DNA from: Zancudomyces culisetae HAW-14-8
Taxonomy: Eukaryota > Fungi > Kickxellomycota
Length of the DNA stretch: 64,000 nucleotides
Assembly: GCA_052426225.1 (NCBI GenBank)
Contig: JBNJNM010000012.1
Location: forward strand, 2,046,001 to 2,110,000
Direction of reading: 5' to 3'
Below the pieces are notes generated by a model that saw only the letters and a program-made list of their open reading frames with translations, was not told where the DNA came from and did not search any database. A program made the position numbers and the translations under genes. Numbering within the stretch: position 1 is the stretch's first letter; every line of letters begins with the position of its first letter. Below are positions 21,469 through 31,607 of this stretch, one piece after another.

Positions 21469-23403
21469 TCAGTCCCAAAATTTAATAGTTCCATCCCAGC
21501 TGCAGGTAGCCACTTTGCTAGCCTCGACAGGACTCCACTCTGCATCAATCGTCACCGCATTTTTATGTGCAATGAACCTTTTAACAACTTTACATGTTTT
21601 CCAGTCCCAAACCCATAGCTTCCCGTCTGCATCACCTGATGTCAAGTATGACCCATCTGGCGAAAACGAAAGCTGACAGGCATATCCTGCAGAAAGGTGT
21701 CCAGTAAACACCTTTTTCCGATTCTGTTTAAATCTGTCCCCAACACCCCACACTAAAACCTGATTATCCAAACTTTGACATGCTATGAACTTATTACTTG
21801 GGTGGAGTGCTATTGCTGGGATAGCGTGCATACTGGGATCAGCAATCAATTTGATTACTACTGGAAGCCCAAACTCCCAAACTCGCATTGTCTTATCGTC
21901 ACTTGTTGAGACAAACCTCCGCCCATTATCAACAAACGCTAGTGTGCTTATTGCGCCTAAATGCTCGCTGTACTCAAGTACCTTCTCCTTGGTTCGAATG
22001 TCGTATTGGATAATCTTTTTATCGGCTTGACCTGTGATAAACAGATTTTGTTCGCTAGGGTTGATTCTTGATACATATGGTACCTTTCCACTACTAAATC
22101 TATTTAGACATTGCCCCGTTTCTGTATCCCAAAGCTTCACGTATTTGTCATATGATGTAGATAAAAATCGCGCTCCATCATTATTAAAAGTGACATCTCG
22201 AACTGCTTTGGTATGCCCATGGAATGTTCTTAAAAGTGAGTGACTTCCATATACATCCCATATCTTCACTTTTCCCTCCATCCCACTACTTAGCAGTAAA
22301 TGTCCTGTCTTGGGCAAAAACCTAATTGCTGAAACACCCTTTCCATGTGCACTGAATTGATGAATACATTTCTTGGGGGCAAAGCACTGCTGCACCTCCG
22401 ATTGGCCGGAGAAATTTACATGCTCAACCTCTGTAACCGGCGGATGCATGTAGCTCCTTCCCATATAATCTCTCTCATTCTTTCCATGGAATGTGGTCGT
22501 TTCCTCATTTTCTCTAAGCTTTTTGCTTGTTTCTGCCTCACCAAGCTCTTTGGTAGCATTTCTCGCTATATAAGCTGCCTTTTCTTCATCGGTAGGCCCC
22601 GTCTGGACCCCTAACTTTTCACCCTCATATCCTGCCCACGGCCCCAAATATGCATTTTCACCTTCCACTATCGACGGATCTCCTTTTGCCTTTCGCTTCA
22701 AATCGACGTTGTTTTTTATAGTATTCGTGAGAAAGTTATTCCCTTTTAAGCGCTCTACTTGCTCTTGATTTCCAACATATTTAGCTTCTTCAACACTATC
22801 TGATGGATTTAGTGCAAACCCCAGTGATCTGAAACTCCGCTCTTGTGCTCTAAAGTCAAATTCCGATATCCCCTGTTCCTCTACAACACCTATGGTATAT
22901 TAATATTTTAGTAAAGCTTCAATTATCAATATCAAGAACGACAGTTGCCAACAAATTCCAGATTCAATCTGTATTAAATTGTCAACAATGTTTATCTCAG
23001 AATATGTTTAAAAAAACCTTTACCTGTGAACACATTTTGATTTTCTCTCCGCTTCTTGTTTCTATTTTCTGGGCCCAATACTGGCTGCGATAATACTTCA
23101 TGAGTCAGATTTATACTCATTGTTTGCTGTCCTGGAGCAAGATAGAGTTTGTTTTCCAAGTACTTTTCCTAAGACATTATTCAGCTATTAGCTTATGTCT
23201 TGCACCAGAAATCAGGATATAATCCCATACAAAGAAACATGTTTTGGCAATTAAACCAAAGATGCTAGCAATAATTATAAATAAAGAATACCTACCTCTA
23301 ACCCAACTTCGGGAGCCGATTGTACTTTAAATTTTTTGGGCTCGGTGGGGATTTGAATCTCCTCATCACCATCCGAGCTACCATAGCCTTCTACCAAATC
23401 CAT
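21469..23403 (-). CDS. CDC40: Pre-mRNA processing factor 17 (WD40); exons 23403-23296, 23168-23024, 22889-21469 (557 aa)
   Basis: YLGPWA, FHG..ERDYMGRSYMHPP, PKKCIH, WD repeats ending ATCSWDGTIKFWD. Upstream exons (MDLVEGYGSSD..., QPVLGPEN, NVFTG) splice in frame to 1674 nt. Confidence 0.94.
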
Positions 23404-23922
23404 TGCTTAATAATTCGTGTTTCCGGTACGAACGCCTTCAATAAATATATTTTCGTAGTATATATAGTGTTTTCGTAATGGCTACAGGTTCACAAAAAAA
23501 ATCGTGTAGAGGCAAAATGTTTGTTGATTGATGTTGCCAGCATCACATTTTCATTTTTTTTTTGTTGAAGCTAGGCAAACTATTTTGATGTTTGCGGGGG
23601 GGGGGGGGGGAGCGGGAAGACTAGGTCTTGGTTTTTTTCAGTTACTATTCGCTGAAAAGGTTTTGCGCTTTGCAAATCCAGCATAAAATTTCTTATTTTT
23701 TTTCCATTACTGTCACGAAAAGCATTTCCAATAATACTACAATTTATGATATTTATTCTTTTAGACTCAAAACGTTGAAACTTTGAGTATATAGCAAACT
23801 CTTATATATTTCCAAACTAGGGGCAGAAAAATCAAGAAATCTGAACTCAGCACTTTTTAAAACGAAAAAATATTGCATTTATACATTTGTAGCTTCAGAA
23901 TAGAAGCTCTAGAAAGATTGGA

Positions 23923-26184
23923 ATGAACAATACCAAACGATATTTAAGTGACGAAAACAACCATGCTCTGAGAAGAAAAAGGGATTCAAACTTTCGCGAG
24001 AATGGGCATTTATCCTCAACAATACCCACGATTCCTGGCCTTGGTGTTAATCGCTTCGAAAGAGAAGAATTAATCCGACGTGTAGCGAATATCTTGGGAC
24101 TATCTTCTAATTCGTAAGTAGAACGGCTCGTATTTTCGTTATTTTTTTGACATGCATTGTTTTACCTATGTTTTATGATTTACGAATACATTATATCTGG
24201 TTGTTATAGGTTTCCAGGTATTTATGCATTGACTTTTTGAGTATTCAGAGACGCATTCACATATATATATAGCACAAATTACTATATAAATAAATTGAAA
24301 GCGTATCTTGAATGAGTGAAAAACAGCATCTATATCAACAGTATATGTTTTTCTTTTACATTATAAAGGTTCCCAGCCAGTCAGTTTTTTAAAGGAGCAT
24401 ATCAACGAGTTGAAAAAAGAAAAGTAATTATTTCTTTCATTATAGATCCCTTTATTTATTTGTATTAACATTGGTTTACTCATTGGAAAATAGCTATTTT
24501 GTATGTGAAAAATCCGATGGAGTCAGAGTGTTACTACTTATCACTTGCACGGACAAGCCTAAGTCGTATTTGGTAACGTTTTTAAAGTATTTGGATCTAG
24601 GCGGATGTGTAGCCTGATGCTATGTTCATTCTCTAGTGTCGCTTTTTTCTATTAAAACTGTGATTCTCAAGCTTTTTGGGCTTACAAATGGACAAGATAT
24701 GCTTTTATTTACGTTTTAAACACTCTGCGGTTTAGATTGATCGGAAAAATTTTTATAAATATGTTCCTGATCTGATATTTCCGCTACCACAAACCGAAAA
24801 CTCGAGACACAAATACCACGATGGGACGATAGTCGATGGAGAGTTGGTTCTAGATACCGAAGAAGATGGATCCGTAACTACTTTATACTTTATATTTTTC
24901 TATTTTAATGTATACAATTGTTAAACTTTAGACTGAGAGACTAATCATATATTTGTGACGATTATTGTGAAAGTAGAAGGTCTTAAGATTTCTAGCTTTT
25001 GACTTACTGTCGGTTAATGGCGTAAACGTCATGTCTAAACCTTTAGACAAGCGATTAGGTGTAAGTTCAATGGTATTATAATGAACAAGACGGTATGTTT
25101 AAAACTTGGATATTATGATTAGTATTTGGACATGCATTTGTTGAAACCGTACCGCGAGATGTTAAAAACAAATTCAATGCTTAAACAACGACAACCCTTT
25201 ATGTGAGTATTTGTGCTTTGTTTTTTATTTTATTTTATTGGATCAACACTATTTTATACCATTTATATATTCCTGGAACTCGATTCATATAATTGTTATG
25301 CTTTAGATTTGAGATGAAAAGAATGGAATTTTCGTATGGGCTAGTAAAAGTATTAGATGAAGACATACCTAAACTAAAACATAAAAACGATGGCTTGGTG
25401 TTTACATCAACCTTGGCGCCCTATACTCCGGGAACTTGTTACAAAATGTAGGCTTGGTATTCTATTGATGCTTTAACCACTATCTTCCTTGTTTTTTTAT
25501 CTTTTGATTATACTTGGTGGTTGACACAGAAAACATATTGACATATCAGGGGGGGATGAATACTTTAGATTTAAATGGAAACCTCCAGAAGAAAATTCGA
25601 TTGACTTCAAACTAAGGGTCAGAAAGGGTGAAACCGATGGTGAAATGCCAAATTTCGAATTGCATACTTGGAAAGGGGGTTCTGAATACGAATTTTTTGA
25701 CAATTTGGGTGTTTCAGCACAAGAATGGGAGTCGTAAGTTTAAATTAATGTATATACCTTATTGAGATGAATGCACCAAAGAAATGGTGCTTTTAGATTT
25801 TTTGGGTAGGTAATTGGGTTTGCGGAAACCTAAAGTGTTATTTTGTGTGAAAAAATATAAAATAGTCTCAAAAACATTGCTGATCTAGATGGAAAGATAG
25901 TTGAGGTGGTAAAGGACCCTGAACACTGTCCACCATATACTTGGAAATTTCTTCGGTTTCGAAATGACAAGTTTAATGGAAATCATGAATCGATCGTGGA
26001 GAAAATCATTCAAAGTATCGAAGAAGGTGTCAGCTCTTCCGAAGTAAGTATTATATGAGTAACGGATATTTTTTTGCTGTAAATAGTATCAGAAAGTGCT
26101 ACAACAAATACTTATTTTCATAAATAGCTAAAAGATAAGGCACAAGATATTAGGACAGCGTGGAAATCTCGGCAATCTCGATAG
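23923..26184 (+). CDS. CEG1: mRNA capping enzyme alpha subunit (RNA guanylyltransferase), 11 exons including an 8-nt microexon at 24210-24217
   Basis: Manual splicing gives [20 protein letters not shown] (catalytic KxDG), [53 protein letters not shown] and ends TAWKSRQSR*. All 10 introns are GT-AG. Only exon 1 appears in the ORF track. Confidence 0.92.
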
Positions 26185-26662
26185 CTGTGCAAGTCGAGTT
26201 TTTCTTCGTTTTACACCACCACTCTAAGCGTGATGGATTTCCAATTTAACATGGATTTTTCCATTTATTTATCAACCTCCTTAAACTGTGCCTTTTGGTT
26301 GCCATTATAATTTTGTTTATTACATACAAAAAGGTTTGATGGTTCCTATGATAAAAAAAAAAGATCGCACCCATTAATCCACACAGTGTCACCAGTAACA
26401 CTAACAATAACTTGTGATTTATCTACTGTTTTGTTTGTATTAGCTAGCTATAGTGTTATTGATTTTATTTTCCTATTCAATTCAACCCTAGTCGTGCTAA
26501 AAAGTGTAGCATAATAATTCAGATTACACCGTCTGGTATGTAACTCCCTATCTATGATACTATTGCTTTTAACTTTTAAAACTAGTAAATAAAAACGAAA
26601 TATATGCTATATTGAAAACGCTAAGTAGGCTGAACACAGCGTAAAAACAAAGAAACCTGGAT

Positions 26663-27310
26663 CTAGTATGAGGTTTTTATGCTCTCTTTGTTGATCTCTT
26701 GGTATGCTCTAGGAGGCTCTTGGAGCTTGGAAAAGCTATCGAGCTCAATTGCGGCGTATTTGTCTTTTAGATGAGCACTGTCCGGGTATTGGGTTTTGCT
26801 ATCAAAGATGCTACCAGATTCGCCTTTGTCATCAAATCCCGATGAAAATGTAGGTCTTTTCTGTCCAGGTGTGAAGAATGTTTTATCAAAGCACTCGTCC
26901 TGGAAATAAGAGTTTCTGTTTGCTCTCTTAAGCTTTTTTTCTGCCCCATTTAGATTGCCTGAAAGAATGATTTCAGGATTTGTGTTGGGATCTTTGATTA
27001 TATTCAATGTTCGTTTATAAGTCACAACAATTACATATGTAGCTACCAATACTCCAACAGTTAGTACAAAATAGGCCAGCACAAAGGCTCCAAAGTTATA
27101 CCCCGAATAACCACCTTTACGTCTAGCACTTGTAAATGTATATAATCCCACAATTATAATGGATACTTCCAGTATGAACATAATGAACAGCATCAGCCTG
27201 TATTTTTTCTTGGTTTCTCTTATTCTTAGTGATCGCATTATCTCTACATCGCTGTTAGTAAACGGAGCATTAGGCCCGAATGGATAAACAAGGTTTTGTA
27301 TTCTTGACAT
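26663..27310 (-). CDS. Hypothetical membrane protein with two predicted TM helices (215 aa)
   Basis: Single ORF with hydrophobic segments LMLFIMFILEVSIIIVGLY and FGAFVLAYFVLTVGVLVATYVIVV and a hydrophilic tail. No family recognised. Confidence 0.7.
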   Translation of the reverse strand: MSRIQNLVYPFGPNAPFTNSDVEIMRSLRIRETKKKYRLMLFIMFILEVSIIIVGLYTFTSARRKGGYSGYNFGAFVLAYFVLTVGVLVATYVIVVTYKRTLNIIKDPNTNPEIILSGNLNGAEKKLKRANRNSYFQDECFDKTFFTPGQKRPTFSSGFDDKGESGSIFDSKTQYPDSAHLKDKYAAIELDSFSKLQEPPRAYQEINKESIKTSY

Positions 27311-29409
27311 TATTTGAATATTCTGAACGCTCTGTATCTTTTTTTTTTTCGAGTTAGAAAGTATTGTATCTCATTAACTCCCCCTCTTACTTTAATTTTC
27401 TTTTCGTTTTTCGTGTCGATGAGCTTGCAAAATACAAAGTAAACTATTTCTCAGACTTTGAAATATGAGATATTATGATATTTCTTTATTAAGCATCAGC
27501 CTTAAAATTACACTCACATACTTTTTTAGATCAATAATACCTAGTTATAGTTTCTACAAACCGCTGGATTGTGAGAGCAAACAATAATAATACTTTATTT
27601 AACGAGATTCTTTTTTATAATTATTTTGCAAAATTAAACCCATGCTGATGCAACATGGCAAGTTAAAGACTTTTTTTTTTGCTCAATCATCAGCAAATTG
27701 TGTACAATATACTGAGTGTTTTTATTTTACCTAGTTAACAGTGACTAGCATGCTGTTGCTATTACATTTTTTTTACCTACCAGTTATAAACATTATACAA
27801 TTAAATGGTTGTTTTTCTGATTCATCAAGAATACAGTTTTTAATATTACGATTAATATTCAAACATTTCACACTCGCGTGTAGATAAATTTAAAATAAGT
27901 ATTATTATTTAAACACAAAGTTGACTAAATATGTATTGGTTAATTGAGTTTATAAAAACATTGCTCGTGGGATACACCATTATAATTCGATATCTAAACA
28001 GCTCAGCTATTCAACATTCGATGACATTCAAACCTAAAAGTGTTTTTCAGGAAAATAGTTTTGTGAGAAGAGAGAAATTCCTCTATTTTTTTCTTCATTC
28101 CTAACTATTTCTTTGCCTACATCAGAACATTTAATTGAAGCTTGGGTTTTTAATTTCAACAGAATTAAAACGAGATACAAATGAGGAGGTAGAACATGTG
28201 TCTCAATGCATGGTTATTGGCAATGTGTTACTGTCTTGATATAAGCAATACGATTTAAAATTAAAAGGTCAATGTTTTATGTGGGGGGGGGAGGAGGGGG
28301 TTAGCTTTATTGAGCAAATATAGGAGAAAAAAAACTCTACCTTTTTCAATAATTTGTATAGAATTAATATACTGTACAACCAATCATGAAAGTGAACTTT
28401 TTATGCTGGCATAGTTACTATACTATTCCGAAACATGTCGAAGATGAGCTGAGAGTATATGGAACAGTATATTTAATAAAAAGCTGTAGTTTGTTGTCAG
28501 GCTGGTGTCTATACAACCAAAGAACCAATATGGTTGTGTATCTAGTTGTTTATCAATGTGGCTAATAAATTTACTTGCCAGTTTTTATTTCCAAATAATA
28601 CCTCAAGTGTTGATATGGTACAAAAAACCTAAAAAAAATGAGGACACTGTTCTGGTAACTGGTAGCAGAAAAAATCTTGGTTTTAATAATAAAATATAAT
28701 AATAAAATAATCTGAATGCACTCAAAGGGCAACTATATTTCATATCAGTTTATTCTCTCTAGAAAATTAGTCATTTGACATTTGTGAATTTAGTACACAA
28801 AAATACTAAAGTAATTACAATCAATGTTAAAAAAAAGGTATTTAAAACTACAGAGTAGAGTGGATAATCGATGAGCAGCTATGATCACTTTCAGTATAAG
28901 TTATTTATGGTACACTAATAGGCGAGCAGCAGCGTACTGCCTCGTTTGATCAGGACCAACATTATTTAAAATTAAAAAGTATCAGAAACTACTTGATAAT
29001 TTACATAAAACACCTCTGCTCTTACAGACCAACACCCTGCTCAATAGTAGTCGTAAATAAGATTAGATAAAGTTGGCTCATCTGATACTGTAATAAACAG
29101 TCGGTAATATTCTTAACCTGGTGTATTTTTCATCAAAATTAATAATGAATTTTGGTATAACAGCTTTACTGTTTATTCCAATCAGACCACAAACTGTTCA
29201 ACAGGTGCTGTACTAACAATAAAAACTGTTGATCAGTACTTTTATTAGTTATAATAACATTGGTACTCTATACATTCTCAAGTATGTTCATACAAAATTA
29301 TACAAATCTCTCTTTATGCCTTCCATCTTCCAAACATCTAATCTATTATAGTTTTCCCTATTATAGCTTACAAAAACAATCCCATTGGCAGTCGTATCCT
29401 GGCCTAAAC

Positions 29410-29494
29410 CGTAGTTGATTCGTTAACTAAAAAAAATCTAGCTAAAAAAGTGTAGTATAACGGCTACATACTTTTTGCTAGCGAATCAACTGCG
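29410..29494. repeat. Imperfect inverted repeat / long hairpin (possible MITE relic or structured RNA)
   Basis: CGTAGTTGATTCGTTA (29410-29425) pairs with TAGCGAATCAACTGCG (29479-29494) over 16 bp with two G-T pairs. Imperfect similarity extends inward to about 33 bp. Confidence 0.6.
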
Positions 29495-29926
29495 ATACCT
29501 TAGCATAATATAACTACCAATTAACTTGTAGTTATTTTATATTTAAATATTTATAATAGTAAAGCTGAATATCTGAATGATCAGTAAAATAAAAGCGAAG
29601 CGGACAACGAAAATAAACATCTTTAGCCTTTTCTTAACAGAATATACTTTACATATACGGTTTTTACATACTTAGTAATTGAAATTAACACTACATTGAG
29701 ATAGTTTACTTAGTGTTTTATTATTATTACAACAATAATAAAAGTTATTAAAAACATTCATATTACGGCAAACAGAACTAGTTAAGTGATCCGAGACCTG
29801 AGTATAACTGACACAATCAGTGCTATACCAAACTCAGCCATCACATTAGCTGAAAAATATATCAGATAACTTAATACATCTACTATATAATACAAAAGAA
29901 AAATGCATTAGGATCAACGCCAAAAA

Positions 29927-29999
29927 AGCCCAACGCGGGGGTCGAACCCGCAGCCTTGAGATTAAGAGTCTCACGCTCTACCGATTGAGCTAGCCGGGC
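29927..29999 (-). tRNA. tRNA-Lys (anticodon CTT), intronless, followed by a T-run Pol III terminator
   Basis: GCCCGGCTAGCTCAATCGGTAGAGCGTGAGACTCTTAATCTCAAGGCTGCGGGTTCGACCCCCGCGTTGGGCT folds as a cloverleaf with A and B boxes. T6 on the minus strand at 29922-29927. Confidence 0.97.
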
Positions 30000-30001
30000 A
30001 A

Positions 30002-30073
30002 TGGAGAATGCGAGGATCGAACACGCGGCCTCTCGCATGCAAAGCGAGCGCTCTACCACTGAGCTAATTCCCC
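30002..30073 (-). tRNA. tRNA-Ala (anticodon TGC), intronless, no terminator of its own
   Basis: GGGGAATTAGCTCAGTGGTAGAGCGCTCGCTTTGCATGCGAGAGGCCGCGTGTTCGATCCTCGCATTCTCCA folds as a cloverleaf with the G3:U70 alanine identity pair and A73. One U-U mismatch in the T-stem. Confidence 0.95.
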
Positions 30074-30343
30074 TGATTTTTTTTAAAGTTTTGTAGAATA
30101 ATAAATTGTAGAGGCTTTAAATTGATTATTTTTTAGAATCATTTTTATGACCTGCTTTTACAATTAATATTGCTAACGTTATATCAACATAGTATAACTA
30201 GTGAATATGTAAATATCATCAGCTTTTTCTATCTCTTCTTACTTTTGTTTTTTATTAAAATTTATCTACTATTCGAACGTCCTAAAAATAACAGCAAAAT
30301 AAAAAATATATACCTAGTCTAAAAAATTCAGATTAAATGTGTC

Positions 30344-31607
30344 CTACTGGATTAGACTGAATTTATAAGTCGTATTTTGCGTATAAGCTTGATTTTTTTT
30401 TAAAACAACTTGGTCCTTCCATTTTTTACTAGAGAACGCGTTATTAAATCGTTGTGATTCAAGTGCAAACGCACAATGAGGGCCATATCGAACACCTTTT
30501 CCTTTGAGCTCAGGACTGATCCAATTACCAGAATAAAAGACAAGACCAGGTTCGTCGCTAAGTACCTCGAGACAAATTCCCGAAGAAACACACCAGACTT
30601 TTGCAGCTAACTTTTCGGGATGATTATTTGTAGAGCCATCATTGGTTTTCGTTTCGAAAATTGAGAAAACGTGGTCAAACCCACGAAGGGGTGTATCAAC
30701 TAGTGGTTGAATCTTATCTCCAATATTAAATGGGATGTTTGTATCCATTTCAAACGTATCCTTGGTAGAACAAAACTCGCCAGTGTGTATCAGATTACTG
30801 TCTGTCTTGAGTACTTTATTCGAAAAAATTTGCATGTAGTTACTTTTAATGTCGGGTTCCCTAAACCCAGACAGGTTAAAGTAGGCATGGTTTGTTACGT
30901 TAAGTATGGTTTCATGTGCGGATGAGGTTTCATCTTTGACTATATTTGCATGATAGCTCATTTTGATTTCATTCTTGTCAGTAACAGTGTATGAAACCTT
31001 CACCAGAAGGTTTCCTGGATAACCTTCTTCATTATCCTTTGACAAATACGAATACTCTACACTTGGTGGGTTTTGATTCAATATTCTTGCCTCCCATACG
31101 ACCTTGTCAAATCCTACTTTTCCACCATGATGACTAGCTCCATTTGCCTTGTTGACATACAAGTCACACTTCTTATCTGAAATATCGATTCCCTGTGAGG
31201 GGTAAACGCTAAGAAAAGGCATTTATCTTTAAAACTTTTATTTAATCAAAAATAGATACTAATCACTATATATTCGTACTGGAAGGCTCACAAGCTTAGG
31301 GCCGAATGTTAAATAGCAGAATAAAATTTATATAACAAAGGAAATCTGATACTAACCTTCCAGCTACTCTGCCAACTATTGCTCCTACATATGGGTCATC
31401 GATATTCTTGATAGCATTGTCTAACTCCTCAAAATTCTCAAATCCCATTGCAATGTCAAGAGTTTCATTGTTCTTATCTTTTACCTTTATGCTGTTAATT
31501 CTTGCTCCATAATTCAGAATTTCTACTTCAAGACCTCCGGAATGGTTTTTCAAGACGTGCCTACTCACTCTGTTGTCATTACTTGCTGTGGTTACTATTA
31601 CACTCAT
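30344..31607 (-). CDS. GALM: Aldose 1-epimerase / galactose mutarotase; exons 31607-31357, 31208-30344 (371 aa)
   Basis: LNYGARI, YVGAIVGRVAG, HGG..GFDK..W, EEGYPGNL, NVTNHAYFNL (catalytic His), GFDH, FYSGN, FALESQ (catalytic Glu). One GT-AG intron restores frame. Confidence 0.9.

Noticed and set aside
29060-29250. Protein-like plus-strand stretch (PGVFFIKINNEFWYNSF...) with TAA interruptions
   Set aside because: It is short, belongs to no recognisable family, and is compatible with chance in AT-rich DNA.
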